Assembly: GCF_016433145.1 (NCBI RefSeq) | Contig: NC_058133.1 | Coordinates: forward strand, 186,122,141 to 186,186,140 | Direction: 5' to 3' | Source of the DNA: Gracilinanus agilis | Taxonomy: Eukaryota | DNA length: 64,000 bases | In this document: piece after piece, positions 24,640-37,287 of the stretch | Layout of the letters: every line of letters starts with the position of its first letter | How positions within the stretch are numbered: the first letter of the stretch is position 1 | Translations under genes and position numbers: made by a program | Notes under the pieces: generated by a model | Seen by the model: the letters and a program-made list of their open reading frames with translations, nothing else | What the model was told of the DNA's origin: nothing | Database searches by the model: none

Positions 24640-26640
24640 GAGTCCTTACGGGTTTGCTTTCCCAGAGGACTTGACTGCCTCCTCTTCTCATCCCCCTCCC
24701 CCAGCCCTGGCCACAGTGCAGAGAGAAACAACACAGATAACGTTCATTTGTACACAACTAACAATCCGAACCCATGTCCTCATCTGTCTTCTCGTGAAGC
24801 ACATTCATAATTCAAAGGTACAAAGAATTTCATCCACATCACAGCTTTCCATTCTCCCTAGCTCATTGCTTGGAGTCACACATTATAAATTGCCTTTTAT
24901 ATTATCTCTCTATTCCAGTAAAACTGTTCCCCTAATCCTTTTATCCTGTCCAGGGCTAATGCCCAGGTTCTGCCTGAAGCACCTTCCCTGCTACCTGAAG
25001 TGCTTCTCTTTCTAAAGCTATCGATCCCTATAAACTATTTTATTAGTGGTCATTATTATTCTGTTCCTAATCACCACTTTAATTAAAGTTTTATCACCCA
25101 CATTAAAGGGGGTATAAGACTTTTGAGAGGATGGTGAGTTTTCTCTTAGGCTCTGAAGCATCCCTGTGGAGGGGGTGGGGATGGTGCGAACAGTCAAACA
25201 GCCTCTTTCTTCCAAGGACTTTTCAAAGACTTTGCATGAATTGGTCTGCGTGGATCTATGTGTTCACATTCACGAATTAATCCTGTTCAAGTGACCCCTG
25301 CAACGAAGCCCAGCATTACGACTAGGGCGTTTCTTTCCCCACCTTCCTCAAACCCTATCGCCAGCCTATCCCAAACTCCAAAGCATCCTCTAACTGAACA
25401 GGAAATTGTTACGGAGTATTATCATAGATCTCCAAAGTTCCACAAAAGGTTGGGTTTCCTAAGAAATAGCCACTTAAGAGCCCTCTCAACTAACCTAGCA
25501 GAAATCACCCAGTTGTTGGGCTTTGGGTGTCCGAGTAATAAATGGCTCTGATCTGAATATGAATAGTCTAAGCAATAGAGGGAAAGCAAGAATCCCTGCC
25601 AGGAGTCTGTCTATCTGTCTCTTTCTATTTCTGTTTCTGTCTCTCTTTATCTCTGTCTTTGTGTCTTTCTAGCTCCCTCTATCAATGTCTGATTCTCACT
25701 CTATCTCTGTCTCTCGTTTTCTCTCTCCTCTTTCTCTCTTTTCAGTCCCTCTCTTCTTTTTTCCTCCCTCTCTTTCTCTATCCCTCTGTACCTCTCGCTG
25801 CCTCTTTTTCTGTCTCTCTCTTTCTCTGTCTCTCTTAATGCCTCTGTCTTTGTCTCTCTGGAACACTATTCAGTTGGTCAGAACACCATAAGTGTGTGGC
25901 AGATACTCAGGCAAAATTGCCACATTTCTGAGGACTCCAGAGCCCCTGAAGTTCCCACAGATGGAAACAAAGTTTGTGAGACCGAGAGAAGCTACACTTC
26001 CCTGGGATTATATCTGAACAGGAAACTATGGGCTAGAATCAAAGAAGTAGTAACAGCAGCTAGCATTTATGTAATGCTTGAAGGTTTGCAAAATGCTTTC
26101 ATATAGTTTGGTCCTCTGGTTCTGAAAAAATTCTTTGACATGTAACCCTGGAAGATGAGTGCTATCAATATTCCCATTTTTCAGATGAGGAAACAGAGGC
26201 AGAAAGCCACTGTCATACAAGGCAAGATTGAACCTGAGTCTTTCTGACTCCAGGCTCAGCTTTCCATCCACTGCGCCCTCTATTGCTTAAGATTAGAATT
26301 CTGGCATACAAGATGGTTGTTTTCCCCCCCATAAGACTTCCTTTTCCCTTCTGTAACACTCTTGAGACTTTCACTTGCTGCTCCCTACATAGGGAATCAC
26401 AGTGATGGTCACCGGGACTGGGTTGCAAATTGCCATGTGGTCCAGCAATAGTTGACTCTGAGAGTTGGACTTCAGGGTTGCCATGTAAGAGACCAAGAGC
26501 AGGGAGCTGCTGCCATTGGACCAGAGTCCAGCCAGTTATCAAACGTCACCCTTGCCCTCTGCACGTCATGGCTGTGGAGACAGAAAAACCCCTGTGCTAG
26601 TTAGTGCCTCCAGGGGGTGGGAGGAGAGAGGGGCTAACGT
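24640..26640. promoter_or_regulatory. Candidate promoter or enhancer zone (locally CpG-enriched; CRE-like and X-box-like motifs)
   Basis: 14 CpGs counted by eye in 24640-25540 against a strongly depleted background; CGTCA at 26544 and 26564; gttgccatgtaag at 26477. Confidence 0.3.
25600..25860. repeat. CT-rich low-complexity tract
   Basis: Imperfect (CT)n/(CTGT)n over about 260 bp. Confidence 0.9.
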
Positions 26641-27714
26641 GCATTTTTTTTCTATGCAGTTCTATCAATTTTCTTTTTCAAAACTAGCCACATGTTCTCA
26701 TTATTGCACCCTCTTCTCATTCCCCCCCCCCTCACCTTTAGATATGATTGTTTTGTGTTTGGAGTTTTTTTGGGGGGGATTGTCTTTTTTAAATTCCAAA
26801 TCCTTCAAGAGGTTAAGCTCCTTTTCAATCAAAAGCATTTCCCTTGCAATCTCTTCCTCCTCTCCAACTACAGATCACAGACTCTCGCCCCTAATTGCCC
26901 TCTCCATTCAGCTTTCCCTCAGAAGCCTTCACCATGTAGTTCATCCCTCTCAGGTAATTTTCAGCTTTTCCATCAGCTCAAACCAATCCCTCACACCCTC
27001 CAGCTTCTCCTCGCCACTCCCATATGGGTCATCCTGCTGACACTTCACTGTTAAGAATTTTGTATATTTAATTGGATCTTAATTTCTCTCTCTTGCTTAA
27101 CTCAGATCTCCTTTACAATTATTTATCCCATGTTGGAAAGACAAATTGAAACCACCGGAATGTCATAGAATGAACCAGAGGAGAGCATTGGCAAGGAAGA
27201 GCAAAGATGACAACTGAGACAGAGAAGCAATAGCTTAAGGACCTGCAGCATAAGTCATCAACAAACACATCTCTCTCTCCCAAACATGGCTCAGTGGCTC
27301 AGTGAATAGAGGCTTGTGAATTGGGCTTGTAATCAGGAAGACCTAAGCTTGAATTCTAGCTCACCCACTCACTATTGCAACCCTGGGAATGTGGCCTCTC
27401 TCAGCCTCAGTTCTTCATCTATAAAATGAGGATAATAATAGTAGCTCTCTCCTAGGGTTGCTGTGATGCTCGAATGACATAACATATAGAAAGTATTTTG
27501 CAAACCTTAAAGCACCATATTTATAAAGCTGGCTATTATTATTAATGTTTTCCCCTCTACAGGCCTCAACTTGCTCATTTACAAAATACAAAAGTTGGAA
27601 TTTTATTTCTAAAGTACTTCCCAGCTTTAAATCTATGAACCTATGATCTCTAAGTGACTTTCAAACTCTGAATCATATTATTCCCCTTCACACAGTCTCA
27701 AACTTGGTGTTCCA

Positions 27715-27890
27715 TCTTACTCCTTCATTTTTTCCATCATTTTTTAGTTGCATCCAACTCTGGGACCCTATTTGGAGTTTTCTTGGCAAAGATACTACAG
27801 TGGTTTGCCATTTCCTTCTACAGCTCATTTTACAGATGAGGAAACTGAGACAAACAGGGTTAAGTGACTTGCCCAAGGTCATACAGTACC
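27715..27890 (-). mobile_element. Marsupial CORE-SINE (MAR1-like)
   Basis: tttggagttttcttggcaaagatact...gaggaaactgagacaaacagggttaagtgacttgcccaaggtca. Confidence 0.85.
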
Positions 27891-28558
27891 TGCCTCATGA
27901 CTATTGGAATGAATTGTTTTCATTTGCCCATCCTGCCAAGGAAAGTCTTCACATTATACTGATGACCTTGGGCAAGTAATTTCACTCCTCTGAGTTCTTA
28001 ATTTCCTCTCTGATAAAATGAGGGGGTTGTACCAGCCTATCTCTAACATACTTTCTGGGGTAGACATACCCCTAATTCACCAAAGGGTTCAAAGCCTATT
28101 GGTTACCCTCCATCTGGTTTAGCCCATCTGCTGAGATGGTTTTCTAGGGTGTGACCACCTTGCACCTACAGCTTCTTGCAGCCTTTGGTGGGATGACACT
28201 GGATGACACTCTCTACATGCTACAAATATATAGGTGTTCTGAAAAGTCTTGATTCAGTTTTAAACTATTAAAGCTTAAACTTTTATAAGTAGGTTACATG
28301 ATAGACTGGGTGAGCACTAGCATATAAAGGAATCAAATAAAGCTTTTGATAGGAGATAACACCTAAAAGGAACACTTTTAGTGTTAAGTAAAAACTCTTA
28401 AAGGGAACTTGGTATTCTGAGACACAAAGCGGGAGGAGTGTATTTCAAACAAGGCTCTGTCTCTCCCCACTGTAGTAGCAGAAGAGAGAAAGCTCTGTCA
28501 GTAGAGGTTCCTTTTGTAACCAGTTTTAGGAGTTGTCTTTGTTCCACTGGAAGAAAAA

Positions 28559-28597
28559 ATGGCAACAGTTGATGAATCATCTATTGAAATCCAAAAA
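28559..28597 (+). CDS. Candidate first coding exon segment, MATVDESSIEIQK (unidentified)
   Basis: Acceptor ctctgtctctccccactgtag (exon from 28476); Kozak aaaATGG; upstream in-frame stop; donor aaa|gtatgt; no downstream partner or homology recognised. Confidence 0.2.
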
Positions 28598-28605
28598 GTA
28601 TGTGT

Positions 28606-28800
28606 TTTTTTAAAAACCCTTACCTTCTGTCTTAGAATTGATACAAGTATCAGTTCTAAGGCAGAAGTGTGGTAAGGACTAGGCAATGCAGATTAAGTGA
28701 CTTGCCCAGAGTCACACATCTAAGAAGGGTCCCAGGTCAAATTTGAACTCAAGTCCTCCCATCTCCAAATCTGACTCTTTCTCCACTGAACTACCCAGCT
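28606..28800 (-). mobile_element. SINE1_Mdo-type SINE
   Basis: aaaacccttaccttctgtcttagaattg...ccactgaactacccagctgc. Confidence 0.9.
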
Positions 28801-29224
28801 GCTCCAGAAAGCCAGAAAGCCTGTTAAACATTGCCTTGTACAACCCGCTTATTTTATTGAAGAGGAAACTCAGAACTCAAAGGAGTGAAATTATTTGTCT
28901 AAGGTCATCAGTTGTAAGTGGTAGAAATTAAATTGGAAACTTCATATCCAGGGCAGATAAGTGGTTCCTTACTGCTCTTCTACCTTGGAACTACTACTTG
29001 TATCAATTCTAAGACAGAATATAAGGTTTAAAAAAAGAAAAAGAAACTTCATATCTAGCACTCTTGACCCACAATACCATTTGTTACTTCTTTTTCCAAG
29101 TGGCTGCATCTTGACAAGGAAAGAAGACAACTCATCAAAGCTCAAAAAAAGTAGTAGTAGTATTAATAATAGAAGCTTACATTTTCATGGTATTTCAAAG
29201 TTACAAAATATTTTGCAGTCACAA

Positions 29225-29450
29225 TGATGATGATGATGATGATGATGATAATTCAAGTAGCAATTTAACATTTGGAAAGCACTTAAAATATTTTATTTTA
29301 TCCTCAGGACAAACCTGTGAAGTGGGTAATAATTATTATTTTAATAACAATTATGTTGATGATAGTGTCTATTGCAATTATAATAGCCATAATATGAATA
29401 GAAACTAATAATATTGTTATTACTACAATTATTGTAGCTACCACTTTAAG
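29225..29450. repeat. (GAT)n repeat and AAT-rich low-complexity tract
   Basis: gatgatgat... followed by taa/aat-rich sequence. Confidence 0.85.
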
Positions 29451-30344
29451 GTATGCAAAACTCTTTAGAAATATTATCTCATTTGATCCTCAAAACAACC
29501 CTGGGAGGTAGGTTAGTGTCACCATTTTATAACTGAAGAAAATGAAGCAGTCAGAAGTTGAATGACTTGTCTAGGATCACACAACTAGTAAGTTTGAGGT
29601 CAAATCTGAACTCAGGTCTTCCTGATTCTATTCTCAGCATTCTCACTACTGTTCTATTTAGCTACTCTTCCACATGTACTAGCTCTCCTTTGATCTCCAG
29701 GAAGCCAGAATGTCTTCTTCTACTTAATAAGGACAACAAAATGGGTTCTGTAAAGCATCCGTTTCTTGATGTTTTGCAGGAGACATGATAAAGACGTCAT
29801 TTCTTGCCAATAGATCCTACTGATGTTACTTTTTGCCAAAAATGAATAATTAACATTAAGAACTTGAAATAGTGGCATCCTATAAATAAAGGATGAGCTC
29901 AAAGTTTCTAAATCTGTCTGAAGTGTCAGCTCCTGGGAAAAAGGGTACCATGTTCACAGATCTGATTGGTTGGCTGTTTCCTCAGAAAAACAGCAGGTAA
30001 AAGTAATGCCAGCCTGATCTCTGTATGTATACCAAGAAAGTATACCTCTAGAATGTCATTTATCCTGCATCCAGTGCTTCCAGTTCTTGAAAGCTTGGGG
30101 AAGACCCATGTATAAAGGAATAGTCATGAATTGACATGGGACAGCGGTTGTTGATGGTTTTCCTCCATCTCTCTGAGGACCAAAGGAGGTCAGTTGGTCA
30201 GGATCTGCCATATTGAGAAACTAATACCTGAAAAAATAGGCCATTAGTTTTCATTTATTGATAGTAGAAAGATCAGGGGTTAGGGTAGGGAAGGATGAGG
30301 AAGTAAAAAAAGAAACACTATAGATGATTCAGTAAGTCTTTTCA

Positions 30345-30670
30345 GCAGCATTTTTTAATTTTGTTTTTTAATTAATTAATTTAATTAATTTAGAATATTT
30401 TTCCATGGTTACATGATTCATGTTCTTTCCCTCCCCCCTTCCATAGCCAATGAGCAATTCCACTGGGTTTTATGCGTGTCATTGACCTATTTCAATATTA
30501 TTAGTATTTGCAATAGAGTGATCATTTAGAGTCTACTTCCCCAATCATATCCTCATTGAACTATGCAATCAATGAAATGTTTTTCTTCTGTGTTTCTACT
30601 CCCACAATTCTTTCTCTCGATGTGGATAGTGTTCTTTCTCATAAGTCCCTCAGAATTGTCCTGGATCACT
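30345..30670 (-). mobile_element. L1 3' UTR end (L1_Mdo-type)
   Basis: tttaattaatt...agaatattttccatggttacatgattcatg, the same 3' end as the L1 at 41406. Confidence 0.85.
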
Positions 30671-30689
30671 GCATTGCTTCAGCAACATT

Positions 30690-31440
30690 TTTTGTGGTAG
30701 CAAAACTTTGAAACAAAGTGGGTACCAACTGCTTGGAGATGAGGTGAACAAATACAATGGGATACATGACTAAAGAGGAATAATATTATGCAATAAGAAA
30801 CAAAAGAAACAAATAAAAGTGAACTGATCCAACCATTTTGGGAAGCAATCTGAAATTATACCCAATGAGTTATAAAACTGTGTATACCTTTTGACCTAGG
30901 AATCCCACTATTAGGTTAGTTTCCAATGGGGAAAAAAGAAGAACCTCTATGTTCTAAAATATTTATAGATGCTCTCTTTGTGGTGGCAAAGAAATGGGAA
31001 TTTAAAGGATGCCCATCAATTGGGGAATGACTCAAGTTGTGTCACATGATTCTGATGGAATACTATTAATAGCACCCTAAGAAATGATAAACAGGTTAAT
31101 TAAAAAAACATGGGAATGCCTATATGAAATTGTGAAGAGTGAACTAAGTAGAACCAAGAGAACTTTATAAACAGCAAGAGAAATCTCTTTTAAAGAATAA
31201 GTTGTATATGTCCACCTTCAGAGAAAGAACTGAAGAAGAGAAACAAACAAGACATAGTTTTACATTTACACATATCTTTTTGTTAAATGATGCCTTCTCT
31301 AGTGTAGGGAAGGAAGGGAGAAAAATATCTGAAAATTTTATTGTAACAAACAAACAAAAGAATAAATTTTCAGTTTAAAAACAGAAGAAATAGTATATAT
31401 GGAAATTCAAAGAAAAATGCAAAGACTTGTATGATAATGC
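30690..31440 (+). mobile_element. Old L1 3' fragments
   Basis: aattatacccaa...cttttgacc, gtggtggcaaagaaatggg, gaagagtgaactaagtagaacc motifs. Confidence 0.75.
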
Positions 31441-31832
31441 GTTCCATAAGCAAGATCTGGGTCTTATGATCTTAGATTTAGAGCTCCAACTGACCTTTGA
31501 GGTCACTTAATCCAACTATCAATTTTTATAGAGATCACCCCTACTAACTGTCACTTTGGAGCACAAGGCAAGTGGCCCAAACTCATTCTCTTTTCCCAAG
31601 CATAAAAGGAATGTGAAAAATGTCCTTGTTGATAATCCTCTCTTTGCCTGTGGGCTTAGCCTTCCTTACTGGTCACTATCCCCTCTCTCTCCTCCCTTCA
31701 TCTCTTTCTCTCTTTGGATACTATAAGGAGAAATGGCCTCTAGATCCCACCAGCCTCCCCCAGGGAGCTATGCCTGGTGATTACAACAAACTAACCAATC
31801 AATCAGTATTTATTAAATACTTACCATAGTCA

Positions 31833-32090
31833 AGAGGGCAGCTAGGTGGCACAGTGGATAGAGCACTGGGCTTGGAATCAGGAAGACTCATCTTCATGAG
31901 TTCTAATCTGATTTCAGATACTTATTAACTGTGAAACTAGACAAGTCACTTAAACCTGTTTGCCTCAGTTTCCCCATCTGTAAAATAAGCTGGAGGAGGA
32001 AATGGAAAACCACTCCAGTCATTTAGGCAAGAAAACCCCAAATGGGGTCACAAAGAGTCAGATATGACTGAAAAACAACTGCACAACAAC
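31833..32090 (+). mobile_element. Marsupial CORE-SINE (MAR1-like)
   Basis: gagggcagctaggtggcacagtggatagagcactggg...caagaaaaccccaaatggggtcacaaagagtcag. Confidence 0.9.
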
Positions 32091-32169
32091 CACATAATCA
32101 AGAGAAATGAAAGACATGTTCAAAGGGGCAGAAAGGAAAAAAAGGCCACAATTCCATATCAATTTTGGT

Positions 32170-32730
32170 CTTCCTTTTCAAATGAAGAAATCCATGCTAT
32201 CAATGATTGTATATTTTTTAATTCTCTAAAGCACTAATAATTAGAAAAATGTAAAGTTAAAGCATCTTCAAAACTCATCCCTAGCAGACTAGCAAAGATA
32301 ACAGAGTAAAATGACAAATGTTAGAGGGTCTCAGAAAAACAGGCAAACAAGTACATTATTGGTGGGGCTGTGAATTGGTCCAGCCATTCTGGAAATCAAA
32401 TTGGAACTATGTCCAGTAACTTACCAAATAGTGCATATCATTTGGCACCCCTATTCACTGGCAGACCTATATCCCAAAGAAATTAAAGAGAAGAAACAGA
32501 TCTATATTTACAAAAATTTTTATAACAGCTCTTTTTATGGTAGCCAAATTGGAAACTAAGGGGATGTGCTCCTATTGGTCAGTAGCTGAGCAAATTGTGG
32601 CATATAAGTGTAATGGAATACTATTGTTCAATAAGAAGTAATGAAATGGGCAATTTCAAAGAACCGAGAAGATCTCTATGAACAGATTCAGAGTGAAGTG
32701 TGTAGAAGTACGAGAACAATTTATATGAAT
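32170..32730 (+). mobile_element. Old L1 ORF2 3' fragment
   Basis: ctaataattagaaaaatgtaaa...ggtggggctgtgaattggtccagccattctgg. Confidence 0.75.
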
Positions 32731-32905
32731 ATCACAACCACTAGCAAAGGTCTGGCTGTCCACAGAACCCTCTAGGATTTGTCATTCTTCACAGGTTTGG
32801 GCAGAGAGAGAAAAAGATCAGTTCTCTAAGGAAGGAGTGAGGAAGGCGAAGTTCATACAAGGCTACAGGTCCTGGAAGACTCTTTAAAAAAAAACTCTTA
32901 CCTCC

Positions 32906-34418
32906 TGTGGCCTAGCAGTACCAGATATTAAACTCTACTATAAAGCAGTGGTCATCAGAACAATATGGTACTGGCTAAGAGACAGAAGGGAGGATAAGTG
33001 GAATAGTCTTGGGGTAAGTGATGTCAGCAAGACAGTGTATGATAAACCCAAAGAGCCCAATGTTTGGGACAAAAATCCACTATTTGACAAAAACTGTTGG
33101 GAAAATTGGAAAACAATATGGGAGAGATTAGGTTTAGATCAATATCTCACACCCTACACCAAGATAAATTCAGAATGGGTGAATGACTTGAATATAAAGA
33201 AGGAAACTATAAGTAAATTAAGTGAATAGTATACTTGTCATATCTATGGGAAAGGGAAAATTTTTAAACCAAGCAAGAGTTAGAAAAAAATTACAAAATG
33301 TAAAATAAATAATTTTGATTATAGTAAATTAGAAAGGTATTGTACAAACAAAAACAATGCAACCAAAATCAGAAGGGAAACAACAAACTGGGAAAAAATC
33401 TTTATAACAAAAAACTCTGACAGAGGTCTAATTACTCAAATATACAAGGAACTAAATCAATTGTATAAAAAATCAAGTCATTCCCCAATTGATAAATGGG
33501 CAAGAGACATGAATAGGCAGTTTTCAGATAAAGAAATCAAAACTATGAATAAGTAGATGAGAAAGAGTTCTAAATCTCTAATAATTAGAGAAATGAAAAT
33601 CAAAATAACTCGGAGGTATCACCTCACACCTAGCAAATTGGCTAAAATGATAGCAGGGGAGAGTAATGAATGTTGGAGGGGGATGTGGCAAAATTGGGAC
33701 ATTAATGCATTGCTGGTGGAGTTATGAATTGATCCAACTATTCTGGATGGCAATTTGGAACTATGCTCAAAGAGCTCTAAAAGACTGCCTGCCCTTCCAT
33801 CCAGCCATATCATTGCTGGGTTTGTACCCCAAAGAGATCATAGATAAAAAGACTTGTACAAAAATATTTATAGCCGTGCTTTTTGTGATGGCAAAAAAAT
33901 GGAAAACGAGGGTATGCCTTTCAATTTTGGGAATGGTTGAACAAATTGTAGTATATGCTGGTGATGGAATACTATTGTGCTCAAAGGAATAAAAAACTGG
34001 AGGAGTTCCATGTGACCTGGAAAGGCCTCCAGGAATTGATGCAGAGTGAAAGGAGCAGAGCCAGAAGAACATTGTATACAGAGACTGATAAACTGTGATA
34101 AAAATCGAATGTAATGGACTTCTGTACTAGCAGCAATGCAATGACCCAAGACAATCCTGAGGGATTTATGGAAAAGAACCCTACCCACATTCAGAGGAAG
34201 AACTGCAGGAGTGGAAACACAGAAGAAAAACAACCCCTTGAACACATGTGTTGACGCGGACATCACTGGGGATGTAGTGGAAATGTGTGTTAGATATGGG
34301 GGGGGGGCTTAAGGGGGGTGAAGGGGAAAGTAAAAACATGAATCATGGAACCATGGAAATTTTTTCTAAAAAAATAAAATATTTAAATTTTTAAAAATAT
34401 ATAGATAAACAAATAAAT
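32906..34418 (+). mobile_element. 5'-truncated L1 (ORF2 C-terminus plus 3' UTR), frameshifted
   Basis: Translates LAVPDIKLYYKAVVIRTIWYWLRDR, LTPYTKINSEW, HCWW, PAISLLGLYPKE; A-rich tail; approximate 16-bp TSD aaaaac(t/a)cttacc(t)cc. Confidence 0.95.
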
Positions 34419-34603
34419 AAAAACACTTACCTTCCATCTTAGAACCAATACATTTTATTGGTTCCAAGGCAGAAGAGCAGTTTGGGCTAGGCAATAGGGG
34501 TGAAGTGACTTGTCCAGGGTCACACTGCTAGGAAGGGTCTGAGGCCAGATTTGAGCCCAGGACCTCCTGTCTCTAGACCTGGCTCTCAATCCACTGATCC
34601 ACT
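34419..34603 (-). mobile_element. SINE1_Mdo-type SINE, host of the L1 above (tail stub at 32881-32905)
   Basis: 15-bp TSD caggtcctggaagac at 32866-32880 and 34604-34618 encloses SINE plus L1. Confidence 0.9.
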
Positions 34604-34916
34604 CAGGTCCTGGAAGACACTTGAGGAGATTGAAGAGAGCAGGGAGAAATGACAGTCATCCCAGGGCAGCAGCAAGACACAGAGCATAAGCTGGTGAGAG
34701 TCACGTGTAAAATTTCCTTCTATAAGACCATGAGAGATAATCTCCAGCTGAATGGACAAGCTGGATATGTGTGCCTGAGTGTTTTATCCTCAAGACCCAA
34801 GTTAAGAGAGAATAAGTCTGTAGGGAGAAAGAGGAACCCTGGATGGGCCTGGCCCTATGATTCTCTCACCTCCTATTTGTGTTTTTCTTAAATTTTTTCT
34901 ATTAAAGAATACATTC

Positions 34917-35112
34917 AGGGGGCAACTAGGCGGCATAGTGGATATAGAGCCAGATCTGGAGATGAGAAGTCCTGGGTTCAAATATGGCCTTAGATAATTC
35001 CTAGCTGTATGACCCAGGACAAATCACTTAACCTCTGTTACCTAGTCCTTAATGTTCTTCTGCTTTGGAACCAATAAACAGTTTTGATTCCAAGACAGAA
35101 GATAAGGGTTAA
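34917..35112 (+). mobile_element. SINE1_Mdo-type SINE
   Basis: ggggcaactaggcggcatagtggat...taagggttaaaa; flanks atacattcag/atacactcag. Confidence 0.9.
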
Positions 35113-35403
35113 AATAAAATGATACACTCAGCAGATTTTATATTATTTTTCTTAATATCTGAGTTCAATACTATCCTAATGAGACCATAACATTCATATA
35201 TACCATTTCTATATTGATCAAATGTTTTTAGTGTCTTACATTTCTTTAACACATAGCAATTAATAATAAATGCATTTGTAGTAATGTAATAATTCATATG
35301 ACATATGTATTTCTCTTTGATACATATATATAATCTATTATAATACAAGTATCCTTTCTATATCACAACTTTCCCCATTGCAGTTTTGATATATGGTTTG
35401 GCA

Positions 35404-36118
35404 TGAAGGAATTTAACCCAACTAGATGAATAAATAATAACTGGGATAATAAATAACGGCCAGTGGGTTAATTGGGATTGGTATAGATGACAGGTTAAGG
35501 GGGTAACACCAAGGAATCTGCTAGGATTTCACTATGTCAATCAAGGTATTTGGGGAAGGAACTTACAGGAAAGCTTATATTTTAAAGATTTAATAAAACA
35601 CTGGGATAGGGAGTGAAGGGAATAAGTAAACTAAACTTAAGTTACTAAGAGTCTCCACCCAAAAGTCCAGGAGGGAGAAATCTACTCTAATCAGTTTTAA
35701 AACTACCAACTGCCTTAACTCCAACCAAATCCCAGGGAACAGATTGATGCGCAAGTCCAGTTGTGTAGGATGGGATTTCTCACATATGAGTCCAAGCTAG
35801 ATGATCTTCCAAGCTGTTTCACTGAAGTCTTAGTGGTCTGCTATTAAATCCAATTAAGGAGAGGGAGTGAGGATTTGATCCCAATGTCCACCACTAAGCC
35901 TAAATCTCAACTCAACCTTGCTCCTTCACTGAGTCTCTTGATTGAAGATGATATCACATTAAAATAGGATCCACACCAAAGGAAAAACAGCTCTCTCCAT
36001 CCAGGGATTCAGTGAGAGTCTCAACTGACACTTTGCCAATGTACCAGAGTTCTGGAACCTGCCTCCCTGTCAATCATCTTGCTCTCTGCTAACTAAAATT
36101 CCCATAATATCTATAACA
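35404..36118. mobile_element. Solo LTR
   Basis: TG...CA termini (tgaagga...ctataaca); gca repeated on both flanks; aagtcc-rich body like the other LTRs here. Confidence 0.65.
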
Positions 36119-36419
36119 GCATAAGAAATTAAATAGGAATTTTGAGGGAAGATTTATGGAAGCCTCAGACAGTATGTGAAGGCCAGCAGATGACACAGAA
36201 AAAGTTTAAACTCATTTTTACTTAACATTGGTCTACAAATAGCCTATGTCCAAATATTAAATCCATATTTTACAATAAGGTACTGTAAACACCCCAGAAA
36301 GAAAAAAGAAAAAAATTGGACCTTCTTTGGTATGAAGGGAGGGCCAAAATATTTTACATGGATTTTCCAGATTGTAGGGCCAACTGGGACCCTAACCCTG
36401 CCATGATGTGGTAGGGCTA

Positions 36420-36700
36420 CCTATAATGTATTTATAGAGAAATATACTTTATATAGAATTATTTAAATATAATAAATAACAACATAAGTGATAAAATTTA
36501 CTATCTTTAATAATAACTATTAAAATAATCTTATATAAATATAATGATATATGGTTTATTGTGTATTTTATAAATAATATATTGTGCATAATATTATATA
36601 TTTGTTACATATAATATTTATGTGTAATATAGTTATAGGAATTTATATTATTTATCATATAAATGTATTTATATGTTTAGAATATGTAAACTCTAGATTG
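36420..36700. repeat. AT-rich low-complexity tract
   Basis: Almost entirely A/T. Confidence 0.85.
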
Positions 36701-37097
36701 ATGTCAAAGGACCTAGGTATGATTCCTACTGCCTTTGAGACGTTGAGACAAGGTCATTTAATCTTGTTTCTTCATTTGCCAAATGAGGGGGCAAAATGTC
36801 TTTAAAAGTCGTCTCCACTTCTAAAGCTATGAGCCTATGATTTGAGGTGACCAGGGTAGCAACAGCATTCGTCCCCCATTTCTAGTCCAGCCCGACTCCC
36901 TCAGATTAACTTTCATAAAAATAGGAGCTGTCACACCTATTTCCCAGTCAGCCCCCACAGTTCATGAACGTACTTTCTGTAGGCTGAAGAATCTCTTGCT
37001 AAAAGAATTACTCTCATAAAGTGCTCTGAATTGGATGCTGACGTGAACTAAACCAGTGGAATTTTTCAATACACACTTTATATATAAAATCTGTAAC

Positions 37098-37205
37098 CTT
37101 TCTCCTTTCAGTGAAACTAGGCAATATTGATTCAGTAGGAATTTCAGGAAAGGGTTGTCAGGATTTAATAGAGGTGAACATAGATCCGCCTGCAGCTTTA
37201 GCCTC
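37098..37205 (-). CDS. Candidate internal exon, RLKLQADLCSPLLNPDNPFLKFLLNQYCLVSLKGE (unidentified)
   Basis: Strong acceptor ttattttattttacttttgttag; 108 nt; open in phase 2-2; weak donor aag|gttaca; CpGs retained nearby. Confidence 0.2.
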
Positions 37206-37287
37206 CTAACAAAAGTAAAATAAAATAATAAAATGAAATATTCAAATGAAAGAGCAATCTTATCAATTTAATATTTCCTTTTGGGGA

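Noticed and set aside
26516-27054. Longest N-free ORFs in the track (174 aa and 120 aa)
   Set aside because: Low-complexity S/F/L/P translations of pyrimidine-rich DNA; no splice or homology support
29187-29408. ORF with a poly-Asp run
   Set aside because: Translation of a (GAT)n microsatellite and an AT-rich tract
32948-34266. Several ORFs of 69-132 aa as host genes
   Set aside because: Broken L1 ORF2 fragments or their antisense frames
37098-37205. Phase-0 reading with a single in-frame TGA (selenocysteine idea)
   Set aside because: No selenoprotein-like motif and no SECIS recognisable; another frame is fully open
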